Below are positions 26,773-39,466 of a DNA stretch of 64,000 bases, piece by piece (positions within the stretch are counted from its first letter, which is position 1; each line of letters opens with the position of its first letter). Below the pieces are notes generated by a model. It was not told the DNA's origin and did no database searches. It saw only the letters and a list, made by a program, of their open reading frames with translations. This stretch comes from a bacterium. Lineage in GTDB: Bacteria; Patescibacteriota; Minisyncoccia; Minisyncoccales; CG1-02-41-26. The stretch covers positions 6,707 to 70,706 of the forward strand of contig JAUWWY010000003.1 of the NCBI GenBank assembly GCA_030616605.1. The letters run 5' to 3'. Made by a program: the position numbers and the translations under genes.

Positions 26773-28737
26773 TCAATTTTGACCAAAATACCATTCTATT
26801 ATTTCTTTGGCTGCCTTTTGGGCAACAACTCTAAGCTCTTTTACATTCTCTATTACTATGACCAATAAAATTTCTGACTCTTCGTAAGGCGCAAAAAGAG
26901 TAATCCAATTATGATAAACATCTTTTATTGAAGTTTGGGCAGTTCCGGTTTTAACAGCAACTTTAACCGGTGAATCATTTAAAAAGAAAGCAGAGCCGGA
27001 TGGTGAAACAACCGCTCTTCTCATCCCCTCTCTTACAATTTCAATTGATTCCGGGTTAATAAAAATTTCTTTTAAGATTTCTATTTCTATTTCTTCATCA
27101 GAAAACAAATTTTTTTTAACCAGTCTTGGTTTAAAAATTTTCCCTTGATTAGCAATAGCTTGGAAGGCAACGGCTACCTGAATAGGAGTCACTAAAATAT
27201 AACCTTGGCCAATAGCTAAATTATAAGTATCTCCCAAATACCAAATTTGTTGAGCTTGGAAACGGTCAGAAAAATAATTTTCTTTCCATTCAGGGTCTGG
27301 AACTCTTCCAGTAACTTCACCCGGTAAATCTATCCCGGTTTTCTCACCCCAATTAAATTTGCGAAGCCATTGGGCAATTTTTCTTGACCCTAATCCCTCA
27401 AAATATTCTACTAATCTTGGGTCAGCTGATTTCGGAGCTTCATACCCTCCTCCGATTATATAAAAGAAAGGGTTTATTGATTCAGCTATTGCTCTTTTGA
27501 TAGAAGTTAAACCATGAAATTTCCAATCAGAGTAACATTCAAGTTCTTTGGTATATTTGTGTTCAAGACAAAGTTCTAAGGGACAAAAGAAAGTTGTCTC
27601 CTCTTTAATTATTTCTTCTTCTAAAGCAGCAATCCCAATTAATGGTTTTATGGTTGACCCTATTGGATAAACTCCACCGATTACCCGATTTAACTGAGGC
27701 TTTTTGGGGTCTTCGTTAAGAGCTTTGAGTTCCTCTTGACTGATTCCTTGGGCAAAAAGATTATTGTCAAAGGTTGGTAAAGAAACAGAAGCTAAAATTT
27801 CTCCTGACCTTGGGTCCAAAACTAAAGAGGCAGCAGCAGTTCCTTCTCCTCCATTGAGAATTTCTCTTAATGTTTGGGTTATCTTTTTTTGTAAATCAAG
27901 GTCTAAAGTTAAAACTAAACTATTTCCGGAGCTAGGATTTTGTTTTATTTTTTGAGAAATTACTCTGCCATTAACATCTCTTTCTATTTCCAAAACTCCT
28001 TTGATTTCTGCTAAGGTCTTTTCATACTGTTTTTCCAATCCTTCTTTGCCAACATAATTCTCAATCTCGTAACCTTCACCCAGATTTTCAAGTTCTTGGG
28101 CAGATATTTTACCAAGATAACCAAGAATATGACTTAGACTTTCCTCTGGAACATAATTTCTTTCAATTCTCTTTTTAACTTCAATTCCAGGCAGGTTTTC
28201 AATTTGTGTTTCAATTAAAATTAATTGAAGGCGGGGAAGATTTTCAGAAAGTAAAACTAAATCTTGAGAATTCTCTTTGATTTTTTCCTTTAAATCTAAA
28301 AGAGGTAAATTAGTAATTTCTGAAACTCTGGTTAAAACTTTTTCTCTTTCTTCTTTTTCTTCGGGAAGTTTAGAAAGGCGGGAATAAAGATCAAAAGTAG
28401 CAGTATTAAAAACTAATTGAGTCATATTTCTGTCGTAAATCACTCCTCTTTCCGCTTTAATTTGTAAATTTAAAAATTTATTTCCCAGAGATAAGGTATT
28501 ATATTTTTCATAGCTCAAAATCTGTAAGTTAAAACTTGATGCTATAAGAAAAAGAAAAATACCAATTCCAAAAACAGAAAATAACCAAAAAATTCTTTTT
28601 TTCAGGGGAGATTCAATTTTTCTTTCTAATACTTCAGAATTTTCTCCTCTTTTTTTTAAAAAATCATCTAAAAAAATTTCTTCAATTTCTAAATGATTAT
28701 GCTTAGTTTTGTTTTCTTTTTTTCTAAAAAATTTCAT
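26773..28737 (-). CDS. mrdA: Penicillin-binding protein 2 (transpeptidase)
   Basis: TM anchor, STIK (SxxK) and KTGTA motifs. It lies downstream of mreCD. Confidence 0.8.
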   Translation of the reverse strand: MKFFRKKENKTKHNHLEIEEIFLDDFLKKRGENSEVLERKIESPLKKRIFWLFSVFGIGIFLFLIASSFNLQILSYEKYNTLSLGNKFLNLQIKAERGVIYDRNMTQLVFNTATFDLYSRLSKLPEEKEEREKVLTRVSEITNLPLLDLKEKIKENSQDLVLLSENLPRLQLILIETQIENLPGIEVKKRIERNYVPEESLSHILGYLGKISAQELENLGEGYEIENYVGKEGLEKQYEKTLAEIKGVLEIERDVNGRVISQKIKQNPSSGNSLVLTLDLDLQKKITQTLREILNGGEGTAAASLVLDPRSGEILASVSLPTFDNNLFAQGISQEELKALNEDPKKPQLNRVIGGVYPIGSTIKPLIGIAALEEEIIKEETTFFCPLELCLEHKYTKELECYSDWKFHGLTSIKRAIAESINPFFYIIGGGYEAPKSADPRLVEYFEGLGSRKIAQWLRKFNWGEKTGIDLPGEVTGRVPDPEWKENYFSDRFQAQQIWYLGDTYNLAIGQGYILVTPIQVAVAFQAIANQGKIFKPRLVKKNLFSDEEIEIEILKEIFINPESIEIVREGMRRAVVSPSGSAFFLNDSPVKVAVKTGTAQTSIKDVYHNWITLFAPYEESEILLVIVIENVKELRVVAQKAAKEIIEWYFGQN

Positions 28738-29144
28738 ATTTTATCCAAAATTAAATTAAAAAAGAAGTTACCAAAAATTAGAGAAATTTTGTAAAAAGAA
28801 AAAAAGACAACAAAAAGCAAAAGGTTGACTAAAACATTAGATTTTTGAAATATTTGAGAAATTCTCTCAACCAAGAAATAAGTTAGAACTAAACTAAAAG
28901 TGAAAACCCCAAAAGGATAAAAAGAAAAAAGGTCTAAAATTATCCCGGCTAAAAAAGCGCTCTCAATACCAAAATTTCCTTTACTAAAAAAAATCAAAAG
29001 AAAAAGAGAAATTAAATAAATGTTAAGGGTAAAGCTGAAAATGGTAAAATTGTTTAAAAAATTCTCTTGAACTAAGAGCAAAAAATAAAAAAAGAAAATT
29101 AAAATCAGGTACTTTTCAATATTTTTAAGCAAATAATTTTTCAT
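28734..29144 (-). CDS. mreD: Rod shape-determining protein MreD-like
   Basis: A 136-aa polytopic membrane protein between mreC and PBP2. Confidence 0.55.
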   Translation of the reverse strand: MKNYLLKNIEKYLILIFFFYFLLLVQENFLNNFTIFSFTLNIYLISLFLLIFFSKGNFGIESAFLAGIILDLFSFYPFGVFTFSLVLTYFLVERISQIFQKSNVLVNLLLFVVFFSFYKISLIFGNFFFNLILDKI

Positions 29145-29150
29145 AAAATT

Positions 29151-29969
29151 CTACTCTTCTTCTTTTATCAAAAATAAGGTTTCAAGATTTAATTTCCTGA
29201 AATAAGGTTCTATTTCTCCTTCCTGGAAAGGCTTAATATCACTTTTTTTGATATTCTTTATTTCACCAACTAAAAGATTTTCCGGAAAGATTCCTTCCAG
29301 AAGAGCAGTACTGACAATATCCCCTGTTTTAATTGGAGAATCTGGCGGCAAAAGTTCAATTTGAAGTTTAAAATTTCCTTTTCCCTTTGCTGAACCTAAA
29401 ATAGAATCTTCTTCGCTTTCCTGCCTGCCGGCAGGCACGGCAACTTTAACACTGAAAGTAAAATTTTTATTGGAAATTAGAATAACTTGAGAAAAATTAT
29501 TAAATACTTGTCCAACCTTACCTACTAACACTTTCTCTTTTGTAATCAGAGGCATATTTTCGGAAACTCCATCTTTTTTTCCCCGGTTTATCAAAACAAA
29601 ATCGCCTTCACTTTTTTGGGAAATGATTTCAGCTAAAATTAGCTTAAATTCTTTTTCAAGCTCTAAATCTAAAGCTTCTCTTAAATTTTTATTCTCTTTT
29701 TCTAATTCTTTCAATTCCAGAATTTTACTTTTTAAAAAAAGGTTTTCTTTTTTAAGTTCCCTATTGTCTATTTTTAATTCTTTAAGTTTGAAAAAACTTC
29801 CAAATATTTCCGACATTGTAATCTGTTTTTGCCAAAGAAATTTTTGAATAGGAGAGGAAATTGAAAAAACTATATTTTTTATATTTAAATAGAAAAATTT
29901 ATTTAAAGCCAAAAAGGCTAAAAAGATTAGTAAAATAACTAAAACAATTTTTAATTTTTTAGATTTCAT
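29151..29969 (-). CDS. mreC: Rod shape-determining protein MreC
   Basis: TM anchor, a coiled coil (LKKENLFLKSKILELKELEKENKNLREAL) and a beta-barrel region. Confidence 0.8.
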   Translation of the reverse strand: MKSKKLKIVLVILLIFLAFLALNKFFYLNIKNIVFSISSPIQKFLWQKQITMSEIFGSFFKLKELKIDNRELKKENLFLKSKILELKELEKENKNLREALDLELEKEFKLILAEIISQKSEGDFVLINRGKKDGVSENMPLITKEKVLVGKVGQVFNNFSQVILISNKNFTFSVKVAVPAGRQESEEDSILGSAKGKGNFKLQIELLPPDSPIKTGDIVSTALLEGIFPENLLVGEIKNIKKSDIKPFQEGEIEPYFRKLNLETLFLIKEEE

Positions 29970-30017
29970 CTTGATTATTTATTCTATACAAAAATGAGCC
30001 AAATAAAAACCCCTAAT

Positions 30018-30128
30018 ATTTGGCGACGACCTACTTTCGCACAAAAGCACTATCATCGGCCCTGAGGTATTTCACTTCCGAGTTCGGAATGGGATCGGGT
30101 GGGACAACCTCGGTATTATCGCCAAATA
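30018..30128 (-). rRNA. rrf: 5S rRNA
   Basis: The minus strand reads ...CCCACCCGATCCCATTCCGAACTCGGAAGTGAAA.... It is flanked by the inverted repeat AAAACCCCTAATATTTGGCG / CGCCAAATATTAGGGGTTTT. Confidence 0.9.
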
Positions 30129-30180
30129 TTAGGGGTTTTTAAGGTGATTATCATTGATTATCGGCTAAATTTTAAACTGA

Positions 30181-33180
<3,000 letters not shown>

Positions 33181-33390
33181 GGTTCAGCTTAAAATTTAGC
33201 CGATAATCAATAATAACCACATAAATAACCACATATTTAATGCAATTAAATTTTTAAAGAACTTCATTCAATCAGCTAGGAAATTAAAAACTACTTCTCG
33301 AAAGAAGCAGTTAAAATTCAGATAAAAAATCTCTGGTTTCTAACCACCTCTTTTAATAAAAACTAGTTTAAAATCCTGCATACTTTTTTT

Positions 33391-33418
33391 AGTTTAACAA
33401 AATAAAAAGGCTTGTCAA
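33391..33418 (-). promoter_or_regulatory. Separate 23S-5S promoter TTGACA-16-TAAACT
   Basis: The minus strand reads GGGGGTTGACAAGCCTTTTTATTTTGTTAAACT. Confidence 0.6.
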
Positions 33419-33424
33419 CCCCCA

Positions 33425-33471
33425 TAAAAAACAAACTTACCTCTTTTCCTGAAAAAGAAGTAAGTTTGTTT
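33425..33471 (-). terminator. Strong terminator after the membrane protein gene
   Basis: A stem of about 19 bp, AAACAAACTTAC.TCTTTT/AAAAGA.GTAAGTTTGTTT, followed by TTTTTT. Confidence 0.75.
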
Positions 33472-33524
33472 TCAAGAAACCTTTTTTTGGAGTTTACTCG
33501 CCCACTTTTTAGAAAAGTGGGGAA

Positions 33525-34205
33525 TTATTCTCCAACTTTTCTTCTAAATTGCTCTAAAAGGTCTCTGGCTAAATCTTTTCCTCCGATACCAAAAGCAATA
33601 GAAGAACTAATAACAATCAATGCAACAAATCCTGAAACCAAAATCTGAATAATCTCTTTAGCTATTCCTAACTGAGACAAAATTGCTAAAATAGCAAAAA
33701 TCCAAACTGCCCACTTAACAATTGCTCCTAAAACCTTAGAAGAAGCAACTTCCATTCTGCCAACAATCGCCTTTGCTAATTTCTCAGAAAAATCAGCTAC
33801 AATTGCTGCTACCACAAAAATAGCAACAGCTATCAATAAGTTAGGAAGCCAGCTAACAATATCTTTTAAAAAGCCGGCAAATGCTGTTAAACCCAAAATT
33901 TGAACCGATGCCAATAAAAAGACAATTATCAAAACCCATTTGACTATCGATCCAATAAAATCTGAAACTGTCATTTTAAACTCGGCTTTCTCCAATACTT
34001 TATCCCATTTTGCCTTTTCAAAAATTCTATTCAGCCTCAATCTTTTTAAAAGCTCAGCAATACCTTTTCCAACCCAAATAGCAATTAACCAACCGATTAT
34101 AAAGACAATCAAAGCTCCAATCAGCTCAGGAAGAAAACTTATAAAACCCTCCCAGAGTTTCTGAAGGGCGTTTAGAGTAATAGATGACCAATCTTGAAGA
34201 AACAT
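33525..34205 (-). CDS. Polytopic membrane protein with conserved TM-helix repeats, like the N-terminal region of MscS
   Basis: 226 aa with repeated helices of the type LPNLLIAVAIFVVAAIVADFSEKLAKAIV. Confidence 0.6.
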   Translation of the reverse strand: MFLQDWSSITLNALQKLWEGFISFLPELIGALIVFIIGWLIAIWVGKGIAELLKRLRLNRIFEKAKWDKVLEKAEFKMTVSDFIGSIVKWVLIIVFLLASVQILGLTAFAGFLKDIVSWLPNLLIAVAIFVVAAIVADFSEKLAKAIVGRMEVASSKVLGAIVKWAVWIFAILAILSQLGIAKEIIQILVSGFVALIVISSSIAFGIGGKDLARDLLEQFRRKVGE

Positions 34206-34279
34206 ATTTATTCAGCTTAAAAAATCTTATAAACCTCTCCGACCTTTATTATAGAATCTTAATCTATTATACAAAATAA

Positions 34280-34576
34280 TAAAAAGAGCCGACAAGAGCC
34301 AGCTGTGGATAACTCAAACGAGAAAAAAAGTGGAAATTGCTGGAAAAAGTTAGAACCCATTACCAGAAAAATCCGGACTCCTGACCTGCCCGCCACGGGC
34401 AGTAATCCGCTAACGCGGATTCCCACCCTCCACTCATATGTCCTGCTTCGCAGGATAGACAAACGGGTAAAAAATATCCTTCCCCAGACCCCTTCCTTTT
34501 TTTACCCGTCTGCTCAAAAGGCGAGCCGGGGGGGAATTTCCGCGCTTCGTGCGGAAAAAAATCTATAAAGGATTAT
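34280..34576 (-). ncRNA. Unclassified structured RNA of about 295 nt (or a long cis-leader)
   Basis: It has its own TGCTATAAT promoter. There are at least six hairpins, including 7-bp stems AATCCGC/GCGGATT and CTGCCCG/CGGGCAG and a 16-bp A/U-clamped stem with a 23-nt purine loop. It ends in a terminator-like AGCUGGC-UCUU-GUCGGCU plus a U-run. Confidence 0.55.
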
Positions 34577-34582
34577 GGGATC

Positions 34583-34591
34583 ATTATAGCA
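34583..34591 (-). promoter_or_regulatory. Extended -10 promoter TGCTATAAT for the structured RNA
   Basis: The minus strand reads TTTTTTGCTATAATGATCC. Confidence 0.5.
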
Positions 34592-34632
34592 AAAAATCGC
34601 CTATTTGGCGACCCCGTTGAGGGTGAACCTCA
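34591..34632 (-). terminator. Terminator of the HTH-HEPN operon
   Basis: Hairpins TTGAGG-TTCAC-CCTCAA and TCGCC-AAATA-GGCGA followed by TTTTTT. Confidence 0.65.
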
Positions 34633-34655
34633 ACAAGCTAGCTTAGGGGTAAATT

Positions 34656-35441
34656 TTAGTTATTTTGGGAGTGAAGATACTGTATATAGGCAAACCAATC
34701 ACGAGCATGAACTTTCAGGCGTTCTAGATCTTTTCCCGTGATAGGATTGTTGTGAGCAATAACATTCCTCGTCGGTCTAAGCTCTTCTAACTTGGCAATT
34801 AAATTTTTTGCTGCACCTTTTTTAAAGAATTTTGAAAAGATAGAGTCAAATACTCTTATAATTCGCAGCAAATCTCCATAATCGGTGTAATAAATTTCAT
34901 GGACACCTCTTTTTGAATGATACCAATTCTCTGATTCTTTGGTCTTTCTATCTGAAACTCTTTTAACTATTTCCTTTAAAGATTTCTTACCCTGTAACTG
35001 ATCCCACCAATTTCCTCCAAAAATATTCGAAAGTGTTCTTATTATAAAAATACGAATTGAGTTTTCTAATGCAAACATAATAGAATATCCCTCGGAGGGA
35101 ATATTTGAATATAAAGAATCTTGCAGATATGGGTCAGCGAACTCACTCCTGATATCGGCTACAGGCTTTATAGTCTTCTTTTTAAGGCTAATGTCGCCAG
35201 GAACATTCCTTTTGTTAATTTCAGTGGCTAGTTGCATCTGTTGAGATGGATTCAGTTTTTTGAATATCGAAGACGAACCAATCTTATATTTGTTTGCAGT
35301 TATGACTAGAGCCACCTCGGGAGCAATGTTCTTCCTTGAAGCCAAAGCACTGACACTTTTAACAATTGCTAGATCCGATTTGCGTGCCTTTTTAGCAATT
35401 TTATGAATCAGTTTTTTATTTAGAATTGGAGGCCTACCCAT
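34656..35441 (-). CDS. HEPN-domain protein, Swt1-like; predicted RNase
   Basis: 261 aa. The C-terminal motif LRPTRNVIAHNNPI contains R-x4-H. The upstream segment ALENSIRIFIIRTL...NWWDQ fits Swt1-type HEPN. Confidence 0.65.
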   Translation of the reverse strand: MGRPPILNKKLIHKIAKKARKSDLAIVKSVSALASRKNIAPEVALVITANKYKIGSSSIFKKLNPSQQMQLATEINKRNVPGDISLKKKTIKPVADIRSEFADPYLQDSLYSNIPSEGYSIMFALENSIRIFIIRTLSNIFGGNWWDQLQGKKSLKEIVKRVSDRKTKESENWYHSKRGVHEIYYTDYGDLLRIIRVFDSIFSKFFKKGAAKNLIAKLEELRPTRNVIAHNNPITGKDLERLKVHARDWFAYIQYLHSQNN

Positions 35442-35446
35442 ATTTC

Positions 35447-35620
35447 TTAAAATTTCTTCTTAATTCGCCTCGTGGAAACCATCCGACTAACAATTGCGGG
35501 ATCAATTCCCAAAACGCTGGCGATATCTTTACTCTGAACGCCTTGATGGGTAAGAGCTAAAACAAGAAGCTTTTTAATATCCTCAAGTAGTTGGTTTGTT
35601 TTCTTATTATTGTCCATCAT
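35447..35620 (-). CDS. Mini-HTH protein, paralog 4 (57 aa)
   Basis: Own translation: MMDNNKKTNQLLEDIKKLLVLALTHQGVQSKDIASVLGIDPAIVSRMVSTRRIKKKF. It is below the ORF-track cutoff. Its architecture matches the three upstream paralogs. Confidence 0.55.
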   Translation of the reverse strand: MMDNNKKTNQLLEDIKKLLVLALTHQGVQSKDIASVLGIDPAIVSRMVSTRRIKKKF

Positions 35621-35622
35621 AG

Positions 35623-35829
35623 TTATTTAGATTTGTTAGGTTTCTTTATACCTTTTAAAATTTTATTTACACGACCATCACTCATGCCCATAATTTTGGC
35701 AATATTATTTTGTCCAAGATCTGTACTCGCATATAAAAGTCCGACTCCAAAACGTTCCAAGAGTTCAATGGTCCGATCTGAACTGGCAGATTTCGATTGT
35801 TTTTTAATTATCTTCTTCTTTTTTTCCAT
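35623..35829 (-). CDS. Mini-HTH protein, paralog 3 (68 aa)
   Basis: HTH-like segment GQNNIAKIMGMSDGRVNKILKGIKK. Confidence 0.6.
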   Translation of the reverse strand: MEKKKKIIKKQSKSASSDRTIELLERFGVGLLYASTDLGQNNIAKIMGMSDGRVNKILKGIKKPNKSK

Positions 35830-35831
35830 AG

Positions 35832-36047
35832 TTATTTTCTATTCTTTTTAAGACGATTTTTTATTACATTCACTGTGTTAGGCGATGTGTTAAGTATTTC
35901 AGCAATCTCAGAATTCCCCATTCCGAAACGAGATAGCGCCTGGACTCCTTCCGTCGTTGAGAAGTTCTCGGATTGCACATTCATTTGAAGTGCAATTAAT
36001 ACCCCTAATCGCCTTGCAATAGATTCAAGTAATTCTTTATTTTCCAT
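35832..36047 (-). CDS. Mini-HTH protein, paralog 2 (71 aa)
   Basis: HTH-like segment LSRFGMGNSEIAEILNTSPNTVNVIKNRLKK, similar to sigma region 4 or LuxR. Confidence 0.6.
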   Translation of the reverse strand: MENKELLESIARRLGVLIALQMNVQSENFSTTEGVQALSRFGMGNSEIAEILNTSPNTVNVIKNRLKKNRK

Positions 36048-36049
36048 GA

Positions 36050-36277
36050 TTATTTTTTACTTTTTTTAAGTTCTGATAATTCTTTACTTATATAGCCGAC
36101 CTTTTTACTGAGAATATCTGCAATTTCTGAAGAATTCAGACCAAAAGCAGATAATTCTCTGATTTGTTCCTTAAGTGTTACCTCTCCACCATCATTCGCA
36201 ATTTTCAACAAAAGAGAGATAACAATGCTTAATTTGCGATCAATTGATTGGGTGATATTATTATTTTCTTTTGGCAT
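36050..36277 (-). CDS. Mini-HTH protein, paralog 1 (75 aa)
   Basis: HTH-like segment LSAFGLNSSEIADILSKKVGYISKELSELKK. Confidence 0.6.
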   Translation of the reverse strand: MPKENNNITQSIDRKLSIVISLLLKIANDGGEVTLKEQIRELSAFGLNSSEIADILSKKVGYISKELSELKKSKK

Positions 36278-36315
36278 GTAATTGACTGTTAAGTAAATAA
36301 AAGAGGCCCATAGTT

Positions 36316-36343
36316 ATTGTAGACCTTTAAAATATGCTGTCAA
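36316..36343 (-). promoter_or_regulatory. Promoter TTGACA-16-TACAAT of the HTH-HEPN operon
   Basis: The minus strand reads CTTGACAGCATATTTTAAAGGTCTACAAT. Confidence 0.6.
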
Positions 36344-36486
36344 GTGGTAATGCTACTGTTTACCTATGTAACAAATTTTATCAATAAGTTTTATATCCCC
36401 CATTTTTAATTTCCTACGTCTCCAATAATTTTAATCTCCTCCGATAGTTGAATTTTTATTAGTACCAAACTCGATTTTAATTACTG

Positions 36487-36559
36487 TGGACCGTGCCAGA
36501 TTCGAACTGGCGACCTCCCGCGTGCAAGGCGGGTGCTCTTCCAACTAAGCTAACGGCCC
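36487..36559 (-). tRNA. tRNA-Ala(UGC), no encoded CCA
   Basis: Hand fold: acceptor GGGCCGT/ACGGTCC with the G3:U70 identity pair, and anticodon loop CTTGCAC. Confidence 0.9.
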
Positions 36560-36564
36560 TCATG

Positions 36565-36636
36565 TGGGCGCGGATGGAATCGAACCATCAACCTCTGTCT
36601 TATCAGGACAGCGTTCTACCACTGAACTACGCGCCC
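36565..36636 (-). tRNA. tRNA-Ile(GAU), no encoded CCA
   Basis: Hand fold: acceptor GGGCGCG/CGCGCCC and anticodon loop CTGATAA. Confidence 0.9.
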
Positions 36637-36836
36637 AAAAGTATTTATATTACACTATATTATCATAAAATCAAAAATAAAAAAACTCCTCCAAAGGAGT
36701 TTTCTGTTTATTGGTTTCTCTGAGTTGCTCCGAGAGTCGAGTTTTGAGATGATTCGACTAACACCTAAGAGTTAAAATTCGAATTCCAAATTTCAACTCT
36801 TGTCGACACTGTCTGCCGGTTGGCAAACAATTATAG

Positions 36837-38340
<1,504 letters not shown>

Positions 38341-38407
38341 AAAATGAGTACTCGAAGCAACTCAGAAAAACCAATAAATTGTAAAGAACATCTTTTTTAA
38401 CCCTTTT

Positions 38408-38435
38408 ATCTTAATCGTTTTATTTCTTTTGTCAA
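38408..38435 (-). promoter_or_regulatory. 16S promoter TTGACA-16-TAAGAT
   Basis: The minus strand reads GGTTGACAAAAGAAATAAAACGATTAAGAT. Confidence 0.6.
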
Positions 38436-38470
38436 CCTTTTCCGAGGTTAAATTTCGGGAAATTCAAAGG

Positions 38471-38542
38471 AGCCGAGGAGAGGATTTGAACCCCCAACCT
38501 ATGGTTTACAAAACCATTGCTCTACCATTGAGCTACCTCGGC
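38471..38542 (-). tRNA. tRNA-Thr(UGU), no encoded CCA
   Basis: Hand fold: acceptor GCCGAGG/CCTCGGC and anticodon loop TTTGTAA. Confidence 0.85.
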
Positions 38543-38560
38543 ATAAAATTTTCTACCAAC

Positions 38561-38866
38561 TTATCTTTTTCTTATTTTTTCCCAGTAATCGTCAGAGAGT
38601 TTGGTTTCTTTTTCTTTTGAATGTCTTTTGAGATTCTTTAAATTTAGAAATATTTTCTTTCTCAAAAAAAACCAACAATTTTTAATCTTTTTTTTAATTT
38701 CTTTAAAAATTAAAGACCAAGAAATTTTCTTTCTTTTAACTTGTTCTTTTTCTGGAACCGGCAAAGTTTTCAAAACCGGAATCTTTCGGACCGCAATCGC
38801 ACCCATGCCAATAATACTACTTATTAAAATTATTTTTGCCGCGATAACAAACATATAATTTGACAC
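38561..38866 (-). CDS. Small single-pass membrane protein, Lys-rich
   Basis: 101 aa with the N-terminal TM segment FVIAAKIILISSIIGMGAIAV. Confidence 0.5.
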   Translation of the reverse strand: MSNYMFVIAAKIILISSIIGMGAIAVRKIPVLKTLPVPEKEQVKRKKISWSLIFKEIKKKIKNCWFFLRKKIFLNLKNLKRHSKEKETKLSDDYWEKIRKR

Positions 38867-38875
38867 TTGGATTTA

Positions 38876-39460
38876 TTATATCTCGTATCTCGTAAACTTC
38901 TCTATTTCTATTTTCTCTCCCAGTTTAGCAATATAATCCTCGATTAAATCTCCTATTGTTTTTGTTTCATCTTTGACCCAGTTCTGAGAGATTAAAGAAA
39001 CTTCCTCTTTATATTTCTTGAGTTTTCCTTCAATAACTTGTTCAATTATTTTTTGGGGTTTGCCAGAATCAGCAAATTGCTTTTGATAAATTTTTCTTTC
39101 TCCATCCAGAAATTCTTCAGGAATATCTTTCGGAGAAACAAACAAAGGACGTAAAGCCGCAATCTGCAAGCAAATCTCATGAGCCAATTTTCTAAATTCT
39201 TCACTCTTGGCCACAAAATCTGTTTCGCAATGGATTTTCAGTAAAACTCCAATTTTTTCTCCACTATGAATGTAGCTGGCAATAATCCCCTGACCAATTC
39301 CTCTACTCTCTTTTCCTTTAATCATTTCTTTGCCTTTTTCCCTTAAAATCTCTTTTGCTTTTTCAATATCTCCTTCAGCTTCTTTTAAAGCTTTTTTACA
39401 TTCTATCATTGAAATTCCGGTTTGCTCTCTAAGTTGTTTAAGTTGTTCAATTGAAGACAT
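38876..39460 (-). CDS. tsf: Elongation factor Ts, short form
   Basis: N-terminal UBA-like segment LKQLREQTGISMIECKKALKEAEGDIEKA. Confidence 0.9.
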   Translation of the reverse strand: MSSIEQLKQLREQTGISMIECKKALKEAEGDIEKAKEILREKGKEMIKGKESRGIGQGIIASYIHSGEKIGVLLKIHCETDFVAKSEEFRKLAHEICLQIAALRPLFVSPKDIPEEFLDGERKIYQKQFADSGKPQKIIEQVIEGKLKKYKEEVSLISQNWVKDETKTIGDLIEDYIAKLGEKIEIEKFTRYEI

Positions 39461-39466
39461 AAATAC

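Noticed and set aside
34259-34568. ORFs 34259-34462 (-) and 34305-34568 (+)
   Set aside because: They overlap the hairpin-dense RNA region. They have odd composition, no SD or start context, and overlap each other on opposite strands.
34280-34576. Attempts to name the structured RNA as RNase P, SRP, tmRNA, T-box, cobalamin or FMN
   Set aside because: There are partial look-alikes: GGAGUCCGG and CCGGCUC resemble RNase P P4, CAGGUCAGG..UCCGGA resembles SRP, GGGUGGGAAUCCGCG resembles a T-box, and GUCUGGGGAAGGA resembles FMN. However, the order of elements, the missing partner motifs and the size do not fit any of these families. No assignment is made.
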